In this document: piece after piece, positions 1 through 12,331 of the stretch
Position numbering within the stretch: position 1 is the first letter of the stretch
How the letters are laid out: each line of letters begins with the position of its first letter
Source: Eledone cirrhosa
Taxonomy: Eukaryota
Direction of reading: 5' to 3'
NCBI GenBank assembly: GCA_964016885.1
Contig: OZ024742.1
Span: forward strand, 12,896,001 to 12,960,000
Length of the DNA: 64,000 bases
Notes under the pieces: model-generated
What the model was told of the DNA's origin: nothing
Seen by the model: the letters and a program-made list of their open reading frames with translations, nothing else
Databases searched by the model: none
Translations under genes and position numbers: made by a program

Positions 1-216
1 CGCCTCTGAGTCAAAAACAAAAACATAAATACATTTTTTCTTCTGTTTTTTCTTTGCTTGTTTCCATAAAGTTTACCTTCCTTCTATTACACAATTTACA
101 CCTGGAGATGTCACCGGGTTCTTACATAACCTGGCCACTAAAATGTGCATAGTGTTTGCAGGAATAAATATTTAAGGAAATTCAACGTTTTTGGCCTTCT
201 GTAATTTCACTTTATA

Positions 217-280
<64 letters not shown>

Positions 281-400
281 ATTTTAATCCCAAACCAGTT
301 TATATAGCGGAATTTTGTTTATGTAATCACAGCTGAAAGTTTTAATTCTTTATCGAGGAGCCTCGATTACAAAACAATAATTGAAGACTATATAAATATA

Positions 401-612
401 GGGTGGAAGGTTGGCAGAATCAGTAGAGAGTCGATCACTGTGCTACCCGGCATAGAGATACGGCCCTTTACGGTATCAGTTCAAATCCTGCCGAGGTTAA
501 CTTTGCCTTTCATCATTACGTTTGCGATAAAATAAAGTATCTGTCACTCACTGGGGTCGACTTTCCCCTCCCCTAAAAAATTGCTGGCCTTGTGCCTAAG
601 TCAGAAACCATT
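401..612 (+). mobile_element. tRNA-derived SINE, family A
   Basis: A-box-like TGGCAGAATCAGTAG, B-box-like GTTCAAATCC, body CTTTGCCTTTCATC...CGATAAAATAAAGTA, tail TTGCTGGCCTTGTGCC; about 11 related copies in window. Confidence 0.8.
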
Positions 613-614
613 TC

Positions 615-760
615 CAGCATAGAGTTACATCCCTTTACGGTCCGAGTTCAAATCCAGCCGAGTTTAACTTTGCCTTTAATCCTTATGGGGTCGATAAAAT
701 AAAGTACCAGTAATGCACTGGAATAATTGCTGGCCTTGTGCCAAAAGTAGAAACAATTAT
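615..760 (+). mobile_element. SINE family A, 5'-truncated tandem copy
   Basis: GAGTTCAAATCC B-box, same body and tail as 401-612. Confidence 0.8.
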
Positions 761-957
761 TAGGAACTGAAATAGCATTAGATTAATAGCTGTATAATAT
801 AAATGGCGATATTCCGTTGGTTTAGTTTGTAGATTAAATGTGTTGAACCTACAGTAATTAATATAAAATATCTTTCGATGCATTCCTTCTTGGCTAGTGT
901 AAAAGGTAATAACACGTATATTTACAATTAGTGTCTACGCAGTTAAGAGTATGCGTT

Positions 958-998
<41 letters not shown>

Positions 999-1188
999 TG
1001 TGTCTTCGCAGCTAAGAGTAAACGTTTGTATATACAGTATATATATCAGGTAAGTATGCTTTGAAACAGCGAGCGACATTGAAACTAGAAATAAGAAACT
1101 TTCGCCGTATTTTTGACTAAAGATATTTTAGTCTGATAGTGGGGTTTAGAACCCTCAAACAAATGGAAAAATACGGTGGAATTTCTAA

Positions 1189-1288
<100 letters not shown>

Positions 1289-1485
1289 TTTACAAGACTT
1301 GTAAACATCTAAGTTCCGAGATTAATAGACGTAATGGCATGTGAATGGTAAGGTTTGAATAAATTTAAATATACATTCACACCTAAAATATTTTGTTAAT
1401 AGAAAATGTAAGATAAATTATATACACACTCCATAAAAGTAAATTAAATATTTACTTAGGGGCAAACACTACGTGTATTTAGGTT

Positions 1486-1521
<36 letters not shown>

Positions 1522-1525
<4 letters not shown>

Positions 1526-1783
1526 GGCTCCTGGCAAGGACCTTCCCTCGCCGGGTTCCTCTTAACTATATACATACATATGTATATATATATATATAGG
1601 AAAATGTTAGACCCCGATGGCAGAGCTCAAGCCATGTCGACGGTTATTTCTGGACAGAAATAGCCGTCGAAACGGCTTGAGTTCTGCCGTCGGGGTCTAA
1701 CATTTTCCTATATATATATATACATATGTATGTATATAGTTAAGAGGAACCCGGTGAGGGAAGGTCCCCGCCAGGAGCCCAAG
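1522..1783. repeat. Fold-back palindrome (~130-bp arms) of HHR-half cassette family P
   Basis: CTTGGGCTCCTGGC...TTCTG-ga-CAGAA...GCCAGGAGCCCAAG; core GACCCCGAYGGCWGAGCTC...GTCGAAACGG recurs at 7081, 52657, 63944. Confidence 0.9.
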
Positions 1784-1784
1784 A

Positions 1785-2212
1785 CGCATCATATGGCACT
1801 ACAACTCCTCTACACTCCAACGAAGACACTGGTCCTTACTACATACCTCATAGATTCTAGGACCACAGAAGAAAAGGAAGAGGAAGGGAAGAGGGTGGTG
1901 GGTCTAGGGTGCGGCGGTGTTGTGGTTGCAACCCGCGGACAAAACTGCAAAAGCATTTCAGCGGGCAATGGCCAGCGACACCCGCTGCAACAGCCACCCC
2001 ACCTCTCGGGGCTTCTTCCTCAGACGGGCTGCTGACATTCCGAACTTGCGGAGGAGCTCGGCAGTACGGGGTCCATGGACGCCTGAGGTCTCGACTACGA
2101 CCTGTGTGGAGAGGAAGTGGCCGGACAATCCCCGCTATTTGTTTGATTTCCTTTCATCTGCATTGCGGTCGCACTTCCGGCGGATATGACTCGGAGAACG
2201 TGTCACGTGGCT
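1785..2212 (-). pseudogene. CRE-type (RLE-bearing) non-LTR retrotransposon 3' fragment, decayed
   Basis: Manual minus-strand translation DTF...VVETSGVHGPRTAELLRKFG...(frameshift)WLLQRVSLAIAR*NAFAVLSAG, homologous to the plus-strand ORF at 2313-2540. Confidence 0.7.
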
Positions 2213-2312
2213 CCAAAACTCCATTTATACGCTCATTAATTACTACTATCTTATAATGATTTAGTAAAACATATTTTAAAACTCGTGTGTTAATTCAAAT
2301 GTTTATAGTATC

Positions 2313-2591
2313 GTGCCCTTGGCAGTGGAGACTCCTGGTGTCCTTGGCCCTAGGGCTACCTCTCTATTCACCACCATAGGCGCTGAGCTGGCCAGCTGCA
2401 GGTGTGAACTTCGCGAGATGGAATGGCTCTTCCAGCGCATCTCCCTTACCATCCTCCGGGGAAACGCCTTCTCCATCCTGTCCGCCGGGGCTGTGGGGAG
2501 GCCAGCACGTGGGACCCCATTTGCTCACCTTACGGATTAATAGGCAAAGTTATAAACTATTGTAAATAAATAATTATTATATTTTTTAAAA
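2313..2591 (+). mobile_element. CRE-type non-LTR retrotransposon 3' end (restriction-like endonuclease C-terminus), 5'-truncated, flanked by 58-bp direct repeat
   Basis: PLAVETPGVLG...WLFQRISLTILRGNAFSIL motif; AATAAA ~2565; short A run; direct repeat 2255-2312/2592-2649. Confidence 0.8.
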
Positions 2592-3104
2592 AATGATTTA
2601 GTAAAACATATTTTAAAACTAGTTTGTTAATTGAAATGTTTATAGTATCTTAATTAGTAGAGATGTTTAAGGGAGAAAGAAAAGTTTATATTCAGCAACT
2701 GTAATTAAGATTCTAGATTAGATTGTAAATAAATTGGTAACATACGTACATTCAACGAATTGTAAGATAAATTATGTAATGTGAGATGATAAACTTATTA
2801 GTAATGTTTAAAGTAGGGAATTTCTCGAAATGGGTTCACCCTCCCCCTCTTCCTCTCTTTCTCTTCCTTCTCTTTTTCCTTCTCTTTCTCCCCCCTCCCT
2901 TTCCTCTCTTTCTCCCCCTTCTCTTTTCCTTCTATTCTTTCTACTGATCATCCTTCCCTTATTAGTAATGTGTATATTAGGGAATGTGTGTATGTGTGAG
3001 TCTGTGCGTGTGCGTCTGTGGATGTGTGTGTGTGTGAGTTTGTATGTGATTGAGAGAGAGACAAACAGACAGAGTGAATGTGTGTGTGTAAGTGTGCATT
3101 TCTC

Positions 3105-3150
<46 letters not shown>

Positions 3151-3544
3151 TGTGTGTGTGTGTATGTGTGTGCGCAAGTGCATGTGTGTATGTATGTGTG
3201 CGTGTGTGTGTATTTGTGTATATATATTATACATCTGTATATATATACATACGGGAGATATTTTTTGTGTGAACGACTAAATAGTACTTCATTATTTTCA
3301 TAATCTATTTGAATTACTAAAAGGACTAAAATGTTGCAGGTACTAAAATCTGAAGGTAGTTACTTGGAATCCAATAACCACCTACTAAAGGAACCAATGA
3401 ACAATAATTTATTACCAACAGTACAATGAACTGTTTTAACTGACAAACAGAAATACTATTTCAGTATTGCGCTTTTTCCTGTATTAACAGGTTTCAAATT
3501 TAGGCACAAGGCCGGCAATTTGGGAGAAGGCGAAAGTTGAAATA

Positions 3545-3721
3545 CGAGAGAAAGGTTCATAGGCTGATTTTGAAGGAATGATGTTAGAGCTATGAAATCT
3601 GGCATGCATTAATTTCAACTCTTCATTCTTTCTTTTCAGAGACTATGTTGAAAAATAAACCTTATTGGGTCATTCCATGAGAGTATCTTCGTCAGCCTAT
3701 GAATATTTCAGCAGACCTTTG
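3545..3721. mobile_element. Mariner/Tc1-type MITE, degenerate copy
   Basis: Aligns by eye with 4264-4457; TA at both ends; left TIR partly deleted. Confidence 0.7.
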
Positions 3722-3927
3722 TATGTGTATATATATATATATATATAAGGCTTTGTGCGCGCCGCTGATCGCTTTTAGATGTCCTGTTTTAAGCGCCGAA
3801 ACATCTATGATCTCGGTTTACAGCTTATGAAAGATTTCTTCTCTTGTTTCATCTATACTACCATCTTAAACTATATATATATAAATAGGTTTTTAAAATC
3901 CAAATTCAATAAACAGACCAGGATTTT

Positions 3928-3987
3928 TTTCATTCTGAGGATTGAAAGCAAAATCTTTTGCTTTTAAGAAACCACTGGTAAATGGAA
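3928..3987 (+). ncRNA. Type I hammerhead ribozyme, canonical core
   Basis: TTTCATT-CTGAGGA-[TTGAAAGCAAA atct TTTGCTTTTAA]-GAA-ACC act GGT-A-AATGGAA; predicted GUA cleavage after 3980. Confidence 0.85.
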
Positions 3988-4130
3988 TAATTGCCTTATG
4001 TTGTTTATTACATAATTATTAAGCTCTGTTACCTACATAGAGTACTCTTTTTTCCTGGACTTTTCCGACGGAATTACTTCATTCACACATATATATAAAT
4101 ATACATATATATATATATTTATATATGTGT

Positions 4131-4228
<98 letters not shown>

Positions 4229-4263
4229 ATGTGTGTGTGCGTGTGTGTATGTATATATATATA

Positions 4264-4457
4264 CGAGGGTAGGCTGAAAAATTCATAGGCTTGCCATGAA
4301 GGAGTGATGCTAAAGCTGTGGAATCTTCCATGTATTAATTTCAACTCTTATTAATAATACATTGTTTCTTTCCGGGAACTATGTTAAAAAATAAACCCCA
4401 TTTGGTCATTCCATGAGAGTATCTTGGTCAGCATATGAACTTTTCAGCCGACCCTCG
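4264..4457. mobile_element. Mariner/Tc1-type MITE with ~25-bp TIRs and TA target duplication
   Basis: TA|CGAGGGTAGGCTGAAAAATTCATA ... TATGAACTTTTCAGCCGACCCTCG|TA. Confidence 0.85.
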
Positions 4458-4464
4458 TACATCG

Positions 4465-4590
4465 AATTCAGTATTTTACTGATACGTTATTTTATCGACC
4501 CCAGAAGGATGACAGGCAAGATTAACTTTGGCAGGATTTGAACTCAGAACATAAAGGGCCGTAAGAAAATATGATAAAGCCTTTTGTCTC
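4465..4590 (-). mobile_element. SINE family A fragment
   Basis: TTTTATCGACCCC...GGATTTGAACTC is the reverse complement of family A body and B-box. Confidence 0.7.
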
Positions 4591-4633
4591 TGTTTACCTG
4601 TTAAATTATTCACTATACAGAGGAGATGTAGTG

Positions 4634-4980
4634 ACAGGTTGGTGGAGCGTCTGACAAAAATACCATTAAGATATTTCTTCTGGTTCTTTACATTTTGTGT
4701 TCAAATCCCACCGAGGTCAACTTTGCCTTTTATTTTTCAGGAATAATTTCAGTCAATAATATAAAATCAATTTCAGTCAATAATATAAAGTCAATTTCAG
4801 TCAATAATATAATGTCAATTTCAGTCAATAATATAAAGTCAATTTCAGTCAATAATATAATGTCAATTTCAGTCAATAATATAAAGTGCCAATTTCAGTC
4901 AATAATATAAAGTGCCAATCAAGTTCTGGGGTAATTAATTTAACCCTTTCCCTAAATTTACTGGGCTCATGAAATCAATA
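4634..4980 (+). mobile_element. SINE family A with internal 24-bp tandem expansion (~4746-4912)
   Basis: GTTCAAATCCC B-box, then ATTTCAGTCAATAATATAAAGTCA about 7 times. Confidence 0.65.
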
Positions 4981-5479
4981 TGTTCCTTACATACAGGCTG
5001 GTATTTCACCACTGAACTCAATAAACTTTTACGTTTGTTCTTTCTCCTCAACAACATTCCTTTACTGATATGTTGGGGGTTTTATTGTGGGTTTTTGTAG
5101 GGGGTTTGTAGGGGTTTTGTTGTTGTTTTTAAGTTCTGGTTCCATACAAGTGTGTTTTGTTCCAATGTTTGCAGCCATGCCAAATATCATATCAGCTGTT
5201 CGCCTCACACTCTTTGGAGAAGGATAAAAAAAATATCTCAACGTTGTCCTTTTTTGTGTGTGGTAGTGTGGAGGGAGTGTGTATGAAGAGGAGTGTTTGT
5301 GTGTGGGGGGTGGGGGTTAAGGGTGTGTGTTGGGTGTATGGGAGTGTGGAAGTGTGTGAGATTGTGTGTATGTGTATGTTGGGGTGTGACAGTGTGGTTG
5401 TGTTGGGGCTGGACTCATCTTATAATTTTGTTTACATTCTTCTAAATAAGTTTATCTTTAGATAATTTCTAATATTTGT

Positions 5480-6955
5480 ATAACTCAACACCATCACCAT
5501 TTAACTCAACACCATCACCATTTAACTCAACACCATCACCATTTGACTCAACACCATCACCATTTAACTCAACACCATCACCATTTAACTCAATTACATC
5601 ACCATTTAACTCAACACCATCACCATTTAACTCAACACCATCACCATTTAACTCAATTCCATCACCATTTAACTCAACACCATCACCATTTAACTCAACA
5701 CCATAACCATTTAACTCAATTCCATCACCATTTAACTCAACACCATCACCATTTAACTCAATTCCATCACCATTTAACTCAACACCATCACCATTTAACT
5801 CAACACCATCACCATTTAACTCAACACCATCACCATTTAACTCAACACCATCACCATTTAACTCAACACCATCACCATTTAACTCAACTCCATCACCATT
5901 TAACTCAACACCATCACCATTTAACTCAACACCATCACCATTTAACTCCATCACCATTTAACTCAACACCATCACCATTTAACTCAACACCATCACCATT
6001 TAACTCAGCACCATCACCATTTAACTCAACACCGTCACCATTTAACTCAACTCCATCACCATTTAACTCAACACCATCACCATTTAACTCAATTCCATCA
6101 CCATTTAACTCAATTCCATCACCATTTAACTCAACTCCATCACCATTCAACTCAACACCATCACCATTTAACTCAACACCATCACCATTTAACTCAACAC
6201 CATCACCATTTAACTCAACACCATCACCATTTAACTCAAATCCATCACCATTTAACTCAACACCATCACCATTTAACTCAATTCCATCACCATTTAACTC
6301 AACACCATCACCATTTAACTCAACACCATCACCATATAACTCAACACCATCACCATTTAACTCAACACCATCACCATTTAACTCAATTCCATCACCATTC
6401 AACTCAACACCATCACCATTTAACTCAACACCATCACCATTTAACTCAACACCATCACTATTTAACTCAACACCATCACCATTTAACTCAAATCCATCAC
6501 CATTTAACTCAACTCCATCACCATTTAACTCAACACCATCACCATTTAACTCAACACCATCACCATTTAACTCAACACCATCACAATTTAACTCAACTCC
6601 ATCACCATTTAACTCAACACCATCACCATTTAACTCAACACCATCACCATTTAACTCAACACCATCACCATTTAACTCAACACCATCACCATTTAACTCA
6701 ACACCATCACCATTTAACTCAATTCCATCACCATTTAACTCAACTCCATCACCATTTAACTCAACACCATCACCATTTAACTCAATTCCATCACCATTTA
6801 ACTCAACTCCATCACCATTTAACTCAATTACATCACCATTTAACTCAACACCATCACCATTTAACTCAATTCCATCACCATTTAACTCAACACCATCACC
6901 ATTTAACTCAACACCATCACCATTTAACTCAACACCATCACCATTTAACTCCATC
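5480..6955. repeat. 21-bp minisatellite (CCATCACCATTTAACTCAACA)n, ~70 copies
   Basis: Direct periodicity; source of the NSTPSPF/ELNGDGV pseudo-ORFs. Confidence 0.97.
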
Positions 6956-7067
6956 TCAAGACTGTTTCTATCTCTGTACTTCCCTGAAAGGTTTACATTA
7001 TTTTATTGAAATGTTTGAAAATTTGAACATATATATGAACTTTTCAGCCAAATCTTGTATATATATA

Positions 7068-7243
7068 TAGGAAAAGAGTCGGGACCCCGACGGCTGAGCT
7101 CCGACCGTTTCGACAACTAGATCTGAGTTCAGATCAAGCTGTCGAAACGGCCGGAGCTCAGCCGTTGGGGTCCTGGCACTTTTCCTGTTACCCACTCTAC
7201 TACCCAGTATCGAGTACTCTGGTTCCTTACCACACTTCCTTTG

Positions 7244-7245
<2 letters not shown>
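7068..7245 (+). mobile_element. Family P cassette: ~45-bp-arm hairpin (7082-7173) plus 3' tail with GAGTACTC
   Basis: GGACCCCGACGGCTGAGCTCC...GATCTGA-gt-TCAGATC...GGAGCTCAGCCGTTGGGGTCC; tail GGTTCCTTACCACAC matches reverse complement of ~63887-63900; (TA)n both sides. Confidence 0.8.
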
Positions 7246-7285
<40 letters not shown>

Positions 7286-7313
7286 ATGTGTGGGTGTGAG
7301 TGTGTGTGTGTGT

Positions 7314-7403
<90 letters not shown>

Positions 7404-7529
7404 AGCGAAACAATTGTAACACAATACATTGAATTCAGATCCTTCACTAATTTTTCGTTTTCTATTCTATATATATATATGCGTGTGTATGTATGTGTGT
7501 ACGTATGTGTGTGTGTATATATATGTGTC

Positions 7530-7562
<33 letters not shown>

Positions 7563-7749
7563 GTGTCTGTGTGTGTATGTGTGTGTGTGTATGTGTGTGT
7601 GTATTTCAACCTTTCCTCCAACTCTTATAGCTAACAACATTACTAAGAAGAACATGTCTGCCCCCCCCTCTCTTTACCCAACTATTCATATCCGGATACA
7701 AACATTTCACTGCCAGCCTCGCAATATACATTCTAGGTACTAGGGTAGT

Positions 7750-8978
7750 GGGTGGTGGGGAGGGGGTATACCTGTGGGTGGTGGGGAAGGGGGTATACCT
7801 GTTGGATGGGGAGGAGGGAGGTATACCTGTTGGGTGGTGGGGAAGGGGGTATACCTGTTGGATGGGGAGGAGGGAGGTATACCTGTTGGGTGGTGGGGAA
7901 GGGGGTATACCTGTTGGGTGGTGGGGAAGGGGGTATACCTGTTGGGTGGTGGGGAAGGGGGTATACATGTTGGGTGGTGGGGAAGTGGGTATACCTGTTG
8001 GGTGGTGGGGGAGGGGGTATACCTGTTGGGTGGTGGGGGAGGAGGTATACCTGTTAGGTGGTGGGGAAGGAGGTATACCTGTTGGTGGTGGGGAAGGGGG
8101 TATACCTGTTGGGTGGTGGGGAAGGGAGTATACCTGTTGGGTGGTGGGGGAGGGGGTATACCTGTTGGGTGGTGGGGAAGGGGGTATACCTGTTGGGTGG
8201 GGAGGAGGGAGGTTTACCTGTTGGGTGGTGGGGAAGGGGGTATACCTGTTGGCTGGGGAGGAGGGAGGTTTACCTATTGGGTGGTGGGGGAGGGGGTATA
8301 CCTGTTGGGTGGTGGGGAAGGGGGTATACCTGTTGGGTGGTGAGGGAGGGGGTATACCTGTTGGGTGGTGGGGAAGGGGTATACCTGTTGGGTGGTGGGG
8401 GAGGGGGTATACCTGTTGGGTGGTGGAGGAGGGGGTATACCTGTTGGGTGGTGGGGGAGGGGGTATACCTGTTGGCTGGGGAGGAGGGAGGTTTACCTGT
8501 TGGGTGGTGGGGAAGGGGGTATACCTGTTGGGTGGTGGGGAAGGGGGTATACCTGTTGGGTGGTGGGGAAGGGGGTATACCTGTTGGGTGGTGGGGAAGG
8601 GGGTATACCTGTTGGGTGGTGGGGAAGGGGGTATACCTGTTGGGTGGTGGGGAAGGGGGTATACCTGTTGGGTGGTGGGGAAGGGGGTATACCTGTTGGG
8701 TGGTGGGGAAGGGGGTATACCTGTTGGGTGGGGAGGAGGGAGGTTTACCTGTTGGGTGGTGGGGCAGGGGGGTATACCTGTTGGCTGGGGAGGAGGGAGG
8801 TTTACCTGTTGGGTGGTGGGGAAGGGGGTATACCTGTTGGGTGGGGAGGAGGGAGGTTTACCTGTTGGGTGGTGGGGCAGGGGGTATACCTGTTGGCTGG
8901 GGAGGAGGGAGGTTTACCTGTTGGGTGATGGGGAAGGGGGTATACCTGTTGGGTGGGGAGGAGGGAGGTTTACCTGTG
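7750..8978. repeat. 28-bp G-rich minisatellite (TATACCTGTTGGGTGGTGGGGAAGGGGG)n
   Basis: Direct periodicity with an interspersed variant unit GGGGAGGAGGGAGGTTTACC. Confidence 0.95.
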
Positions 8979-9019
8979 GCTTGGATCTCTCTACCTATCT
9001 CTCTCTATCTCTAGCCTTA

Positions 9020-9431
9020 TCTTCATACATAAAGTTGTATTCCTGTTTGTTTGTTCACGAACTCCTCCTATAGTTTTGGAGATAGACCCCCATAACCATA
9101 TATATTCTGAAACTACATTGCCCAGGGTACTTGGATAAGTATATTTTATTTTAATCAAAGGGTTCCCCGGGGGCACAAACCCCCGCTGAAAATGTTTTCC
9201 CTTCGATTTATATGAAATTTAAACCATAGGTAAATGACAAGATATGATGCCTATTCACAAAATTTCAGCAAATTTCAATAATATAAAGACATTCATGCAT
9301 TACATTTTACATTGAGTAATACTGAAATGCAGAGTTTTTCTCCATAAATTATGTCACTGATTTAAAATCATTCATCATTTTCTTACAAAAATAATGTGTG
9401 AAACGCAGCAAGGCGCGGGTAATTCGGCTAG
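9020..9431 (+). mobile_element. Probable non-autonomous Helitron
   Basis: A|TC 5' start, 3' end GC-rich weak hairpin CGCAGCAAGGCG then CTAG|T; no TSD. Confidence 0.55.
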
Positions 9432-9440
9432 TATATATAT

Positions 9441-9503
<63 letters not shown>

Positions 9504-10098
9504 TGTGTATATGTGTGTATATGTGTGTATACCTGTGCCTCAGATCACTCTCTCTCTCTCTCTCTCTCGCTCTCTCCATCTCTATCTCTCTCTAATTATA
9601 TATATGTGTGGGGAATATACCTGTGTCTCTCTCTTGCTCACTTGCACTCTTTCTTTCTCTCTTTCACTCCCCCTTTCTCTCTCTAACTCTCTCTATCCTT
9701 ATATATGTGAGTGTCTGTGTGTGTGGGAATGCATATGCACATATTTGTCTATTTAAACATATACATATGAAAGTCTGTGTGTGTGTGTATGCATGTATGT
9801 CTGGGTGTGTTTGTGTGTATTAGTGTATGTGTTCATATTTGTCCATACTCTTTGATGAACAGAGTAGAGATTGTGATACCGGAAGTCGTTGGCATGTAGT
9901 TACCATCCAGTGAAGATCTATACCTCCAGTAGGGGAACACGTGTGTGTGTGTGTGTCTGTCTGTGTGTTGCTATAGAACATATTACATTAAAACAGCCCT
10001 TTTTATCTCACCCGAATTAAGATACAGTGAATATCATATTTTGGTGCAGATTTAAAAGATGCGGAAACAGGAAAAGAATAAACAAGGATAAACAATTT

Positions 10099-10129
<31 letters not shown>

Positions 10130-10222
10130 GTGAGTGTGTGTGTCTCTGTGTCTGTGTCTGTGTCTGTGTCTGTGTGTTTGTGTGTTTGTGTGTGTGTGTG
10201 TTTGTTTGTGGGTGTGTTTGTG

Positions 10223-10346
<124 letters not shown>

Positions 10347-10719
10347 CGTGTGTGTGTGTCTGTGTTTACCCCGATAGAGAGAAATCTAACGTTTGAAGAT
10401 CGTTCCTTCGTTAGAAGTGGATTAAATATTTAACAACAATGATGGTCGGAGGAAGATCCTTTCCTTAGATGTAATCACTTTTCCTGAGCTAAACCATCCT
10501 GCCCCACCCTCTCTTTTTATTTCCTATATTTTATGTCAATTGTCTCTTCACTTTGACGGTTGTCATCTAAAGCCGACATGTCAGGGAACCTTGGTAGAGG
10601 GAAACATCTTGTCGTATGACATATTCACAATAGTTAGAGAGAGATAAGGATTGGTGAACTAGAACAACGTCTCATTTGCACCATTATAGATTACCTCCAG
10701 GCCACCAGGTAAATGTCTG

Positions 10720-11000
10720 AGGGGTCAATCCCCAACATGCAGTATTATCTGGTTAGGGTCCCCACAGTCACATACGGAGCTGTCTTTCATTTTCTATCGC
10801 TTAAGATGATGAGCTGTCCTGGCATATGTTGTGTGGATCAGATTAAGGGACATCCATTGCATTCTGGGAAGGTCAAATACATTCTCTTGCGGGTATCATA
10901 TTCATTCTTGAGTGATAACATTTATACATTGCCCGAATTCCCACCACCTCTTTGTCCTGGGGTGTTCTCCAGTGTGTTGAATTTATTGCAAGATTCCAGT
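10720..11000 (-). pseudogene. I/Nimb/Jockey-group LINE ORF2 C-terminal remnant
   Basis: Manual translation FDLPRMQWMSLNLIHTTYARTAHHLKR*KMKDSSVCDCGDPNQIILHV resembles the post-RT cysteine/histidine motif. Confidence 0.55.
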
Positions 11001-11104
11001 CAGGTTACCAGTTTGATCTCTATTTCATACTTTCTTCCTATCAGTATTTCGGGTCCTTCATGAGGAAATATATTAGTTTAAAGCTTGAAATACTAGGAAA
11101 AGAT

Positions 11105-11140
11105 CCTTTACGTTTCGGATACTAGTCCTTCATCAGAAGA
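11105..11140 (-). ncRNA. Minimal hammerhead ribozyme (PLE type)
   Basis: Minus strand TCTT-CTGATGA-a-GGA ctagta TCC-GAA-A CG T-A-AAGG; palindromic ACGT stem III; GUA site. Confidence 0.75.
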
Positions 11141-11254
11141 TAGAATGAGAAATATATGGTGAAATAGGAAGATAGAGAGTGAGAAGAGAAAGGAACGGAA
11201 AAAACGTTTTGAGAAAAAGTTCGTCTCTCTCTCTTTCTTTCTCTCTCTCTCTCT

Positions 11255-11306
<52 letters not shown>

Positions 11307-11469
11307 CGTGCCTCGAACTGGTCGCCCGAGAAACAATTGTAATATGTCCAATAAATTCCTTTCGTCGCAACACTAATTCTCTTTTTTCTGTGATATCATA
11401 CTCTGCTCTACGAGGGTATCGAGTGCTCATACGGCCTACCGCATACGGACGCTTTAAGCATCCAACACC

Positions 11470-11538
<69 letters not shown>

Positions 11539-11549
11539 GGAGAGAGAGA

Positions 11550-11619
<70 letters not shown>

Positions 11620-12142
11620 AAGAGCTCCAACTTAATCTACCGACCAGTGAGATCGAACCCAGAGCCGCATTTATTGCGAACCAAAGTTTTTAAACATACA
11701 TGTATGTATGTGCCAGTTTGTATATTACATATATCTAATACTCTGCAGTGATAATTATAGAATAACAATCACCATTGATTTATTTCGAATATTCTGCAGA
11801 GTAAATATCGACAGCTGTACAATTTTCAATGTTATGATAACACCTCAGCAATACCCTCCTACAAGAACAAACATATAATGAAGGGGACAATAAAAACATA
11901 TAAATACATCTACATACTCACATATTTATGAACATACGTTTTCTCGCTCATACCAACACAACCTGAGGTTACCTCTGTACACCAACACATATATTACCTC
12001 TGATCAATGTACATATTAGTTTCTACACTGCCCTCCATGTCGGTCACCACGGCTAATATTTTGAAAAAAACTATAAATTATCACAAAACCCACTGAATGC
12101 GGAAGACTGTTCGTTGTTATGATTTATAAATAATTTACTATT

Positions 12143-12181
<39 letters not shown>

Positions 12182-12253
12182 TATATATATATATATATAT
12201 TTAAACAAACACACACAAACATACGGACACACAGAAACACATACTTACAGATA

Positions 12254-12297
<44 letters not shown>

Positions 12298-12300
12298 CAG

Positions 12301-12331
<31 letters not shown>

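Noticed and set aside
5469-7009. Long ORFs (488, 339, 162 aa) with NSTPSPF heptads resembling the Pol II CTD
   Set aside because: A 21-bp stop-poor minisatellite open on both strands, with a frame-breaking deletion near 5945 and no flanking gene.
7748-9073. 441-aa Gly/Trp-rich ORF
   Set aside because: The 28-bp repeat cycles through all frames; no coding signature.
10385-10420. Minus-strand CTAACGA...AAACGTTA similar to the 11105/33294 HHR family
   Set aside because: Core and stem II are both broken; at most a dead relic.
11035-11068. Minus-strand CTCATGA-AGGACCC-GAAA HHR-like string
   Set aside because: G5 mutated and stem II nearly absent.
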